A stretch of DNA of 64,000 nt from Schizochytrium sp. TIO01 (taxonomy: Eukaryota > Protista > Bigyra: Labyrinthulomycetes): NCBI GenBank assembly GCA_004764695.1, contig SMSO01000037.1, forward strand, positions 1,464,747-1,528,746, written 5' to 3'. Under the pieces are notes generated by a model. That model was given only the letters and a program-made list of their open reading frames with translations. It was not told where the DNA came from and did no database searches. This document shows, in pieces, positions 35,296-46,208 of the stretch (the first letter of the stretch is position 1; each line of letters opens with the position of its first letter). The position numbers were made by a program, and so were the translations under genes.

Positions 35296-38089
35296 TTAAC
35301 TTGAATTCCGCGCTCCGCTCTCCTTCTTTTTGTATGAAGAGGAGGCTGGGACTTCCTTTCGATCTTTCAATTCCTTTCTTTTCTTTCTCTTTTCTTCCGT
35401 GAACAAAAATACCTACCGTCACGGTGACGGTGAAAAAAAGTAAAGCAAATTTTTAGCCTACTCAGAATGATCATATGTGGTCAAAGTACCTACATTGGAG
35501 GAATATTTATTATTAGTAGTAGTTGAAAGTAAGCAGGTGGTCGGTCAGTGTTCATGGGAAATGAACTAAACGTAGGTAAGTAGTGAATCAACAGACCCTG
35601 CATGTCGAGGTTACACTAGGTAGTGAAGCAAGCACAAGAACCCTCAGGAGCATGAAACAGAGGTATATGATTTGAGCCTCTGACTATCAATGAGAAACTT
35701 AGGCATGTCACGGCAATGTCTTCCGCACGCATTTAAGTACTCTGAAGACAGATTTTTCCTTTTAAGAATCATCCTTCTTTTAAGGCAATTTCGTTGTGAA
35801 TCATGCTAATTCTTATCAATTTCTGGACTTGCTCAAAATACTTCTAGCTTATCTCTCTAAGAAGCAATACCTTTCACTAGCCACACCCTGTGAGCACTGA
35901 GTTTTTAATTTTATGGATCAGACCTAAGTAGGGTAAACCTCCCACGTCATAAGAAAAAAGATTCAACCCATTTTCGCCAACTCATTTTTAGGGGTTAATT
36001 CCGTACCCACGGCTACCTATTTACTAATATCAAAACATCTACTCTTACTTTTGTTAGAACTAGGAGGAGACGTGTGTATGTAGGAAACTACTACCTGGGT
36101 AGGTCTTATTTGGCTCCTCCAGCATCACCAACAAATTCGAAAGTATCTTGCATATTTATGACCTCAGACTGCCAATAGTAGGTATTCATTTAAGTTAATC
36201 ATGCGTCCTCACGCCCTATCTAGTATCAAACTGCTGGCCTAAATAAACCTAGGTACTGCTGCGGAGCTGCGACTTTCACTCGATTTAGATAGATCCTACC
36301 TTCTCCTATCACCCCATGTGTTTGGGTGAAAATTTAACTTGGGTTTATTGGGAAAAATACATCGCAGATACCGACCGATCACTGTTCAGTGTAACGTTTT
36401 GACTCAAGAAAGCGGAGCTCAAGTCCATGAAAGGTAGTAGATAGACGGGTACTAAGTTCTGATAGATTGTGCTTCATGAACTCTGACGGCTATACTACGA
36501 GAAAAGCGCATCTTTCTGGGTATCTACATAAAGATAAACAGACTTTATGATTGGCATGACTCATGAGTTTATGCTCAGACCTTCAAATTGATTTGCCACA
36601 TTACCATTTGTAACCCTAAGACTGGAAAATTATCCATCCAGAACAGACAGACATTACGTCCAGCCCGAGCTCCTTTCTCTACTCATAGCAGCAGTAACAT
36701 GCTTTTCTTCTTCATTTTGCTTTGGTTCTGTAGGGTCTGAGCTTATTTTCAGCTTGAATTCCTTTGTATAGTACCTATCTACTTGGGGCCATCAGCGATT
36801 CTTTTGGATTGAGTTTTTTACCCAGGTTTCGAAAAGATGCTTACTGAGTACCTGCCTAGCGATAATGTTAGGGAGCTAGGTTGTGAGTGCTTGATTGGCC
36901 GTGCTTCTTGGTCTTGCGCTCGATGGTCTCTCAAGTTGTCAAGTATCAACTTAGATAAAGGCCCCACTTCAATTCGCGTTGCATAATTAGCATGAAAGTC
37001 GGGATTCTGACAGTGGCTGTAAACTGGCTATGGATGGAGTGCAAAGCCCCTCGCAAAATACAAAACACTCAACAGACAAGGTACGTGGAGAATGCGTAGG
37101 AGCTTGGAGAAAAAGTTGTTTATTCTATTTATAATAAACGCCAACAAGCGATACTTCCAAATTAAATGTTCGGAAAGGTGTAGTCGGAGGCACGGAGGCA
37201 ATAGCAAGGACACCCCTGGCCGTCTTGATCCGTTCTTCCATAGATCGTGACCCCTTTATGCTTTTTCTTTTTCTTTTTCTTTTCTTTTTTCTCTTTTTTC
37301 TCTTTTTTATTTAAAAACCTTTTTTTAATTCACAGTATCTTTTTTTCTTTCTTATTAACCTCAGCCTGAAGCTACTAACTAGTTTAATGAAGAAGGAGAA
37401 TTTTCCTTTTCCTTTCTCGATTGTAAAGACTAACCTAATCATGCTTCTTGTAACTGCTGTTCAAGAATATTTTGAGCTTTTGAGTTTCTTTGAAATTGCT
37501 TCTCTACAACATTACGTCTTCGTTCGTTTATCCGAGGATCTAAAGTTACTCTGTTGTTCAGAGGTTAAGAAACTTCATTACAAGCTCTTCATTTGGCATC
37601 TCCGAAACCCTTAGTATTGCTGCAGCAGATATTAGCCTAGCAGCAGCAATGGTTATTCGTTTTTAATCTTTGTACTCCAACTCAAGAAATAATTTGGCAA
37701 CAAATCATCATCATCACGGCTCTTGAAAACACTCTCTAAGTTATCACCTCTGGGACTTATTTCACCAAATGAAACACAGCCCATTAAATTGTGAAGGTTT
37801 TCTTACATTATTGCTGCAAAACAGTAGTATGATATGATAGCTTCCTTGGTTCTGTGCATAAAATTTTTACTCTTATAATAATATCTCAGCCGCCATTCTT
37901 AATTTCAATTTTCATTTTTTAATCTGAGATAGCCTAATCGCTTCTAGGAATGATAAGTTCAAACAATCAGGGGATCAAAATGCGACTCTCGCGCATGTTG
38001 TTCTCCCTTCTTGTTATTCAGAGCAACGAGCAACTTCTTTTGCTCCTTGTATAAAATCAAGGTTGTCTGCGAGATATTAATTTTCAGAT

Positions 38090-38662
38090 TTGTTGGCCAC
38101 TAGTCCTGATGAATTACACGGGATTTTGTTTCGCCTTTGTAGTGATCAAGCCTTGCCCACCATTGCAGACCGTTATGTTCAATGCCCTTTCAAATTAATA
38201 GAATTCAGTCAAGCTTCACAAGTAAGCGGTTTATTGCTGCTTAAGACAAGTCAAATACAAGGAAAGCTTCAGTAAGTAAGCAAAGCCAGGAATACTTTAA
38301 CAAAATTGGTTTGTTCATTAGCACCGCCCAGAGCGGTATTCGATCAACCCAACTCTTACTATAACAATATCGTAGCACTACTAGTTCAAGAGGATTACAA
38401 ATCAGTTAGCTTGAGCCACGTTACTTGAGCTGTCATGTCCAACATGCGGTTCCTCAATGCCTTAGAGTATATACGTGATTTTCCATTTGCTCAGAAATGA
38501 TTAACCTATAACTTTAACATGGCTAGGATCATCATTATTCCAAGAAATTTTGACAAAGTTCAGTACGCAGCTACAATCTTATGGGTATAGAATGAATTCT
38601 CTGAAGAAGGTGCAAGGCCACTTCAAGTGCCTGAAATCAATGCAATGGCAACAGCTGTTTAG
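38090..38662 (+). pseudogene. Decayed ORF relic, identity unknown
   Basis: One frame reads ~190 codons with only 4 internal stops and protein-like composition (..ARNTLTKLVCSLAPPRAVFDQPNSYYNNIVALLVQEDY..MRFLNALEYIRDFPFAQK*..). Confidence 0.3.
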
Positions 38663-38859
38663 TTTTAGACAAAAACCGACTGTTCTGAAAGTGCTTTCAT
38701 GGTATCTGTACGTTGAAATCCGGTTGCTCTACGATGACTTTATACAACTCAAGAGGAAATCCAGCTTTGATTGATATTTTGAAATTATATCACTTGTTTA
38801 AACGCCATGCAACAGACAGGAGCACGGAGTTGACCACTTTCAATAAGATATTTCAATAA

Positions 38860-40818
38860 TTATAATCGGCGATGAGTGAACGTGTTCAATTCGACATCGC
38901 GCGGCTTGCAGAATTGTTTGCTTGTGTTCTGGTTATAGTTAGATTGTTGCACGGGAGTAGAGCCTAGTGTAGACATATCCTGCAAATCCCAAGAATCGCG
39001 ACGCTCCTGACGGGGTTGACATAACTTTTTGCTTAAGCCACGAAGAAGATGTCTGATTGATCTTAAAATAACCAAGGCAAGAACTCCTGATACAAAAAGA
39101 CCAGCAATCGATAAAGCGATGTAGATGACCACACGAGTACGCATTGGGTATTGACCTAAAAACCCAGTACCTTTACTCTCTTCGACTGTTGCTGAGGATT
39201 CGCCTCCATCGGCTTCACTACAATCTGCTTCCAAATATTGCATATAAAGAGGAGTGGACTGGATATTACTGGTAACAAGCACACCAGCAGGTACTCTTAT
39301 TAGAGCCCCGCTCCCGCATGTAATCCGGCCGTTGCTACTATCCACAAATACTGGCATTGATGCTGCAACCAAACCAGTCTCATTGTTAAAAACTTCACAA
39401 TAGAACTCCTCCTCGCTCTCTGCATCAGATAGTACGGTTTCGGAAAGAATTCCTCCGAAGCTTCCTTCAAATGAAAGAAGAGAATTGGCATTCTTACTGA
39501 GACATTCCAACTGAAGATCCGGATCTGCACAGGATATATTATCAGCAGCTGGCATTTCTATTGAGATAGTTTGAATGAACGTGCAATTACTGTCATCGCT
39601 CGCAGTTATTCTCAGCTGCCAATCTGCTACCGGAGGAGTCAAATTAGCTGGTATGATACACAAGTTCACATTGCTGGAATCCAAAGTCCGAAGCCAAGGA
39701 CAGATCACCTCGTAAGAGGCATAGGATAAGTTGTAGGATGTAATGAATGTGAGGTCAATGGCGATTCCTGCGTTCTTGCCCAATTGGTGCATCAAACGAA
39801 TTTCCATATCCACAAGACCAGGACAATATTCGTCACTTGAATATCGCGTACCAATTTCAATCTTCTCCACTTCGAAGTTGCTTATTGAACAGTTTGAAGA
39901 GTCTAAAAGCTCTCTTGCAATACGATGCGAGAAATTTTTTAATGGCTTTGTATTTTTGCTCCCCCATTTAAGTAAACTATAAGGTTTACCAGACTCTTGC
40001 ATCTCACCTCTTTCAACGCCAGCTGCTGAACCTTTTAACTTTGGCTCCTGAGTTGCTGACCTCAGAAATTTAGTATAACCCAACACATGATCAATGTACT
40101 TTTGTAAACTTGAAGATCTTCTTGAGGCCGAATCTAAGACCCTATCAGAAAGATCAATCCAATCGTTATGAGAGAAGATTTTGCCAGATGAACCTGATAT
40201 CACTGAACTCGAGAGCAAAAACTGTTTGTTGCTATTTGAGCTCTCTGGTGGACTACAGACTGCAATTCGTTGGTGTTTTCGAAGGCATTCTTTCCAAACA
40301 AAGGGCCGAAAGTTTCTCATTGACCGCTCCGTCTGACTGTTCTGAAATTCGGGCTGTACAGGTCTGCAAGTACCTGGGATACCCCAACCTGAACCACGAT
40401 TGTTTTGAGTTGGGCAATATGACCATTCATTTGTTTGATGCAAAAGATCTTCCTCACTTGAGTACAACGCGAAGTGATGTCCTTGTCCATAATTTCCGTC
40501 CTCTACAATCCAGTTTTCAAATATGCTCTGAATTATTGTTGATACATTCTTGCTTATATCTCCTTCAGCTCTAAAATACACTGAAGGCTGGCCTTCGAGC
40601 TCATAGCGTAAAATTTTAGTTTTGGCAAATATTTTAACGGATTCGGTGGCAGATGCACGCTTGATAACCTGGCACAGAGCATCGCGCTCGTAAGCAGAAA
40701 CCCAATTTTCGCAATAGTAACTTGCTTCCGGTAAAGACTCAGATTCGGCAAAAGACGAATCTACGAGCAATAGTAATGCAATGATGATAAAACAGGAAAG
40801 ACTTTGTGAAAAAATCAT
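38860..40818 (-). CDS. Single-pass (type I) membrane protein with Cys-rich ectodomain, ~652 aa
   Basis: The first ATG is at 40818 (the track start at 40845 is TTG). It opens a signal peptide MIFSQSLSCFIIIALLLLVDSSFA. The ectodomain has many Cys and N-x-S/T sequons, followed by a TM helix VVIYIALSIAGLFVSGVLALVIL, basic residues and a short tail. Confidence 0.8.
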   Translation of the reverse strand: MIFSQSLSCFIIIALLLLVDSSFAESESLPEASYYCENWVSAYERDALCQVIKRASATESVKIFAKTKILRYELEGQPSVYFRAEGDISKNVSTIIQSIFENWIVEDGNYGQGHHFALYSSEEDLLHQTNEWSYCPTQNNRGSGWGIPGTCRPVQPEFQNSQTERSMRNFRPFVWKECLRKHQRIAVCSPPESSNSNKQFLLSSSVISGSSGKIFSHNDWIDLSDRVLDSASRRSSSLQKYIDHVLGYTKFLRSATQEPKLKGSAAGVERGEMQESGKPYSLLKWGSKNTKPLKNFSHRIARELLDSSNCSISNFEVEKIEIGTRYSSDEYCPGLVDMEIRLMHQLGKNAGIAIDLTFITSYNLSYASYEVICPWLRTLDSSNVNLCIIPANLTPPVADWQLRITASDDSNCTFIQTISIEMPAADNISCADPDLQLECLSKNANSLLSFEGSFGGILSETVLSDAESEEEFYCEVFNNETGLVAASMPVFVDSSNGRITCGSGALIRVPAGVLVTSNIQSTPLYMQYLEADCSEADGGESSATVEESKGTGFLGQYPMRTRVVIYIALSIAGLFVSGVLALVILRSIRHLLRGLSKKLCQPRQERRDSWDLQDMSTLGSTPVQQSNYNQNTSKQFCKPRDVELNTFTHRRL

Positions 40819-41401
40819 CGAGAGTGGCTCAGTCCTTACTAGCAACTATTCGCCGGAGCTGTATCTCACAGCTTGCTTGCTTGCTGCTCTGCGGAGTGTA
40901 ATGGACTAACTTATTTGACTAACCTGCATTGCACCGCTTTCCAAAAACTTGCACAGAAATATTAACTTGGCAACTGGTTCTTGCATTTTGAATACTCACT
41001 CACTCAAGATGCTAGTCTTACCGGACAGCCTAGTAGAGCTTATAATCTGGGTTCCAGTGTGTGAGTGCCTAGAACGCAACGGAGTTCTCAAAATTAATAC
41101 TTTAATCTTAATTTCAATTAAACATAGCAGTAGCTATGTACTGTTAAGTATCTTAGTATTTACTCTTTCTTCTTTTCTTTTTACTAAATCATGAAGAAGC
41201 AGAACTAGAAATATACCTTCGCCTCAATGCAGAGCTCATCATCATTAATATTGGAGCAAGACAACGCAGACAGATATTAGAAACGAAAAGCAAGGAAGTC
41301 AATAGTAGACCTGGAAAAAGAGTACACGGACAATCTTTCGAGTACATTAGAAAAGTTCAAAAGTAGTAAGAACACCAACAACTTCCCCAGGGTACCTTAT
41401 A

Positions 41402-44400
41402 ATGGCAGAGCGGTACTTTGATGAAGCTGCACAAGTATTTGTCAACCCGAGTACTGACCTGACTGAACTTTGGGAGGAATATTATGATGAAAATGGGACA
41501 CTCTACTTTTATGAACGCTATTCAGGCGGCACAGCATGGGAGTTGCCGTGGCTCTCCCTTCAAAATTTTGGTGAAAATGACTTCCAGAATGCTTTCGAAA
41601 CGACGGATAGCAATGCATACAACATGTTTGATGAGAATAGTTCAAACCCCGGTCTTTTTCAGCAAGCATCTCCAAATGATCATGAAGCTGTTGCAACCGA
41701 GAGTGCGACAGCAGTGATACCTGGTGCTGAGGTTTACAACACTGGAGCGAATACCTATGATTATGAAAGCAATTATTCCAATTTCGAATATGCATATTTC
41801 CAAGCGAATGAGCCAGCATGGAGAAGTGATCACCAAGAAGAATGGCTGGAGTACTTTGATGAAGACACGCAACTGCCTTACTATATAAACTCTGCATCCG
41901 GTGAAAGTGCTTGGGAACGTCCAGATGCTTACCAACCTCCAACAAAAGAGCCACTATATGAGCAACTTTCTTATGAGAGACTGCAAGATGTAGAAACCAA
42001 GGAGTCAGAGGCGTCAAGCGAAAAGCAATATGTCTCACCCTCAGAGCAATATAAGCGCGACTTCAACCCTGTTACAATACAGAGCACAGAAGATCTTGAA
42101 ATTAAAACCAGAGATTATTTTCGAAATAGTTCAATGGAAAGTGCCTCTGAGTCTAATTTCGTTGCAAACACTGATAATTCTATGGTGGCAGCTACAAATC
42201 AATATAAAAACATTAGTGAAAATCTTTCTGCAGATAATCTATCCGCTTGGTGGGCTGCAGAAAACGACACAACTCAGTGGATGCAGGATGCTTACTGGAT
42301 ACAATACGATGGACCCAATGCACCAAATGAAGAAACTTTTACAACGGAACCTGTAGACACAACCATGTGTAACCAAACTAAAGATTCAGAAGCAACACAA
42401 GATACCTCGAGACAAAAGGCGGAACCTGCTTTATCGAGTAACGATCAAGTCGTAGATAATCTCGGCGTTGTTATGTTGAACGACCAGGGTAATCAAACTA
42501 ACCAAACCACTGCAGAATTTGCATCTTTAGAAGAATATTCTATTCCTTCAGAAATCTTACCAACTATGCAGGAACAGCAAGACGTACATCCAACCTCATT
42601 CTTAGTCGTTGAGAATCAAAGAGATGCCATAAATAAAATTGTGCAAGACAAGCTGCCAAGTGAGACGAATAATGGAGCATGTCAAAGTAGTCAAGCACAT
42701 TCTATCTCGGTAAAAGGAAGGCAAGATGAATTTACCTTATCTTCTGCAACTACCACTTTTTTGGAAGAGGGGAATCAGAACCACAAAGTGCCTGATATTT
42801 GTGAAAGTATAAAGTCGACTTCAAACTCGACCGAACCAATCACTGCAAATTCAAGATCTCAAGAGACTGAGGGCTTGTTAGATGGCACGAACGACGAAGG
42901 CCGAAGTGAGTTGAAATGTGCCAATAACATCTTTACTAAAACAAACGAAGAAGACATCTGTATAGGAACTGATTCTAACCTAAACAATCCTGAAGGAGCA
43001 TCATTGTCGAATCAAGGAGAAGAAGCAAAGCTCACGCTTACTATGAAGAATCAACCAAGAGACATTCGAAGTACGAGCATTGCAGCTGTACCTACAGCGG
43101 TTCAGGGAGTCAATATTGTACCCGAATCTGATCATATCGTGACAGAATCAGATGAAGAGCACCATCAGGCTCGTGAAGAGGAGGTCACAAGACTCTCCAC
43201 CAAGAATTCTGAGAAGTTGTACTCTAAAACAAAAGATAAGAAAGCCCAGTCTCAAAACTGGACTGCTACGTCGTACGAAATGTCCTTCAATGTAGAATCA
43301 AGTCAAGGTCAAACCGAGACACGTGAGGATCAGAGTAATTGCAACGGAACACAGCCAAATTGTAAATCTGAATCGAGTTTGTGTGGTCTGCAATTGTCTC
43401 CGAAGAGAATGACGCTCGTTGAGAGACGCATGACTCGAAAACGCGATGCAGAACGAGAAGCAAAATTGGCTGTCTTTGCACCCCGTTCCCCCCTCCGAGA
43501 AACTCGACATGTCCAATTACGAATTGCGCCTCCTGTGAGTCAGGCAAGAACAGAGATTCTTCATGATGCAGGCGGGCAGCTTACCAAGGGGTATCTTTTG
43601 AAACTTTTGGCAAGTAACTCCGATTTTCGCTCAAAATTCAAATTGGCATGTGGAGGATGGACCACCACACCATCAAAACTTGATGTTGAGTTTTCTGAAG
43701 CTGATCGCGACAATGACAAAACTCTCAATGAAACTGAGTGGCAACGGTTTTGTACATTCGCAGCGCGGCGAGCGCGAGGGGGGCGAAGAACCCTTACTTC
43801 GTATGAAAATCGAGTCAAGAAAAATGATGCAGCCACAAAAGGCCTTGAGACAGCTCAGATTAAGGTAACTATTCCTGAACAGTACAAAGAGTTGATTGAT
43901 GTAAAATATAGTCTTGAACCATACTCTCACTTTGCTCGACAAAAAACCTGGGACAACTTTTTCAAGGCCCGTGATCTAACACGAAAAATGGAGATCATGC
44001 GATATGAAACAGTTATGCGCCAGCGTGAGAGTTCTGAAACAAAGTTACGTAAAGAATTCGACCTTCAGACAAAGCGCACGGAGGAGAAGAGAACTCGAGA
44101 ACGGAAAAAATTAAGAAAGAAGTTGATAGAACGAGAGAAAACGAAATTGCGAAGCCGCACGGTCAACAAGTTGTTAGAACTTACCAAAGATGAGCTGGAC
44201 CTCCAAGACCGAAAAAGAATTGAGCAAGAAGAAGAGCAGAGGGTCAACAGGTCTCAGCGTCTGAAAAAATTGCCGACTTTGAAAGATATTCGTCAAACAA
44301 CAACACGATTGATAAAGCGCCCCTCAGTAATGGAAACGGACCCAAATCAGCCTATTAGGGATTTATGTGCCCTTCCATTAAAAGACGTAGAGTGTAACGA

Positions 44401-45712
44401 AGATGCACAAAAGCAACTTCATCAATTCCTCAGTTTAGAACGCCAACAGGAATTTAAGGCGTGGGAATTTACTGCAACTCACAACATGAATAGGCTGGTG
44501 GAAAAAGAGATTGACAAGGTATCTGCCGAAGAATTACGGGAGAGCCGCAAGGCGGCAGAGGATGAGTCCCTTAGACGAGAGAAGTTTGAGAGCGAAACTG
44601 ATTCTCTTCGCGCTGCAGAAAGCCAAAGAGCTGAAAGTTTCGACGGAGAGACCGTGCGTTTGGAGTTTGCAGAGATGCAGCTACGGAAGCTGGAGCATCT
44701 TGCCTTTTCCTCGCTCGAGCGTCAAAGGAGACAATTCTTAGACATATCATCAGCATGCTTTAATCGAAATATTTTGCGTCGTCTTGTCTGGAAAAAGACC
44801 CTGAAAGAGTTTGACAAGAGTAACCGATCTGTCTTCCAGACATATGACGAAATGACTAAGGAGACACAAGTACTCCTGCGAGCTCCTCTTGGCACTAGGA
44901 AAGAGAATGCTCAAAGAACTAGAGAATGTCTTGAGCTATTTCACGAAGTGGGCACCAGAAGCTTTCTCTCCCGTGCACAACGTGAGGACGACCGCCTTCC
45001 ATCCTACTCCAAGCATCTCATCAAAGTGCACTATATTTTTTCTCATAAACAACGAGTCAACTGGGAAATATATATTCTTACCGAGTTCTGTCATGGCCAG
45101 AGACTTCAGGATTTTATGCAACGGTTGCATGCCGAGTCTTCTCGCGTGGGTCAACTCCCAGAATATATATTGTTAGCAATTGGTGAGCAGGTTTCAAAAG
45201 GTCTCCGCGCCCTGCATCTGGCAGGTTTAGCACACATGGGTGTAGAACCCGCATGTATCTTCTTCAACGAAAAACACGAAGTCAAGCTTGGGATTCCACG
45301 AGACCTCCAAAGTTTACAGCTTATTTCAGATTACCAGCCTCGTCTTGCAGCTGCAACATCGCAATACGCCGCACCCGAGCTCTCCAGTGTAATTATCGAC
45401 CCTGCGACTTCGTTTGACCCTATTAAGGCTGATGTTTGGAGTATCGGAGCAATTATGTATCACCTTGCAACTGGTTTACCATTGCCATCACCCTTTATCC
45501 TTTCAAGGCTAGTAGCTCAGCCAGTGGTCCGACAACGTAATCGATGGTTTCGTGATTTACTGCGAATGACATTGCAGATTCGTGTGGCAGAGCGTGCCTC
45601 TACAACCGATCTTGTCGATTTCTTTGCTGATGTTTCAGACCAGCTTGTTTTATCAGCAACCGAGAGCATGCATCGCCCCATGGAGAATTTGGCTCCATCA
45701 ATTTATACTTAA
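41402..45712 (+). CDS. WW-domain / EF-hand / coiled-coil protein with C-terminal pseudokinase (1436 aa)
   Basis: WW1 LWEEYYDENGTLYFYERYSGGTAWELP; WW2 EWLEYFDEDTQLPYYINSASGESAWERP; EF-hand loop DRDNDKTLNETE; K/E/R coiled coil; kinase fold YILTEFCHG, YAAPEL, KADVWSIGAIMYHLATG. Confidence 0.88.
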   Translation: MAERYFDEAAQVFVNPSTDLTELWEEYYDENGTLYFYERYSGGTAWELPWLSLQNFGENDFQNAFETTDSNAYNMFDENSSNPGLFQQASPNDHEAVATESATAVIPGAEVYNTGANTYDYESNYSNFEYAYFQANEPAWRSDHQEEWLEYFDEDTQLPYYINSASGESAWERPDAYQPPTKEPLYEQLSYERLQDVETKESEASSEKQYVSPSEQYKRDFNPVTIQSTEDLEIKTRDYFRNSSMESASESNFVANTDNSMVAATNQYKNISENLSADNLSAWWAAENDTTQWMQDAYWIQYDGPNAPNEETFTTEPVDTTMCNQTKDSEATQDTSRQKAEPALSSNDQVVDNLGVVMLNDQGNQTNQTTAEFASLEEYSIPSEILPTMQEQQDVHPTSFLVVENQRDAINKIVQDKLPSETNNGACQSSQAHSISVKGRQDEFTLSSATTTFLEEGNQNHKVPDICESIKSTSNSTEPITANSRSQETEGLLDGTNDEGRSELKCANNIFTKTNEEDICIGTDSNLNNPEGASLSNQGEEAKLTLTMKNQPRDIRSTSIAAVPTAVQGVNIVPESDHIVTESDEEHHQAREEEVTRLSTKNSEKLYSKTKDKKAQSQNWTATSYEMSFNVESSQGQTETREDQSNCNGTQPNCKSESSLCGLQLSPKRMTLVERRMTRKRDAEREAKLAVFAPRSPLRETRHVQLRIAPPVSQARTEILHDAGGQLTKGYLLKLLASNSDFRSKFKLACGGWTTTPSKLDVEFSEADRDNDKTLNETEWQRFCTFAARRARGGRRTLTSYENRVKKNDAATKGLETAQIKVTIPEQYKELIDVKYSLEPYSHFARQKTWDNFFKARDLTRKMEIMRYETVMRQRESSETKLRKEFDLQTKRTEEKRTRERKKLRKKLIEREKTKLRSRTVNKLLELTKDELDLQDRKRIEQEEEQRVNRSQRLKKLPTLKDIRQTTTRLIKRPSVMETDPNQPIRDLCALPLKDVECNEDAQKQLHQFLSLERQQEFKAWEFTATHNMNRLVEKEIDKVSAEELRESRKAAEDESLRREKFESETDSLRAAESQRAESFDGETVRLEFAEMQLRKLEHLAFSSLERQRRQFLDISSACFNRNILRRLVWKKTLKEFDKSNRSVFQTYDEMTKETQVLLRAPLGTRKENAQRTRECLELFHEVGTRSFLSRAQREDDRLPSYSKHLIKVHYIFSHKQRVNWEIYILTEFCHGQRLQDFMQRLHAESSRVGQLPEYILLAIGEQVSKGLRALHLAGLAHMGVEPACIFFNEKHEVKLGIPRDLQSLQLISDYQPRLAAATSQYAAPELSSVIIDPATSFDPIKADVWSIGAIMYHLATGLPLPSPFILSRLVAQPVVRQRNRWFRDLLRMTLQIRVAERASTTDLVDFFADVSDQLVLSATESMHRPMENLAPSIYT

Positions 45713-46208
45713 GTAGCAAGCTCTATGCAACGCCAGAAAAGCTTAGGCTGTTACCCCCGTAAAATATATATACAAAAATATATTTTGATCTTTTCAAATA
45801 GATGTTTTTGGTTCGACGTCTGCAACTCACCTTCAAGGAATTAATCTTCCAACTGATGAACTGCATTGCACCTGCAAGTTGTTTATTACCAGCTAGACCA
45901 AAAGATTTTAAATAGACATATACTCTCGAGCAAGAAATCGAGTTTGATGGAAGTCAATAGTGAGATATAATTATTTAATTTGTTGTTTTGGTTTTGTTTT
46001 CAGAAGCTGCAAAGTAAAAATTGTTGAGCAAAATTTTTGTAAACAAGCCGAAGAGGGCGCATTTCAGAAATGTGAAGAATATGATTGCCATAGTAAGGAG
46101 CAGGAATGAAAGATTTATTGGCACAGTCAAAATTTGATAATGAATCTCGAAGTGGAGTGAAGATACCTCGAGAGATGGGACAGAATGCTCAATGAAGGTA
46201 TACAGGTC

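Noticed and set aside
35063-35422. 119-aa poly-Glu ORF and the opposite-strand poly-Ser ORF
   Set aside because: Both are translations of the (CTT)36 microsatellite, with non-coding-looking flanks.
33950-38695. Shared QKPTVL peptide and ~25-nt similarity between 33960 and 38660
   Set aside because: The similarity does not extend on either side, and at 38660 it is not in the frame that looks coding; compatible with chance.
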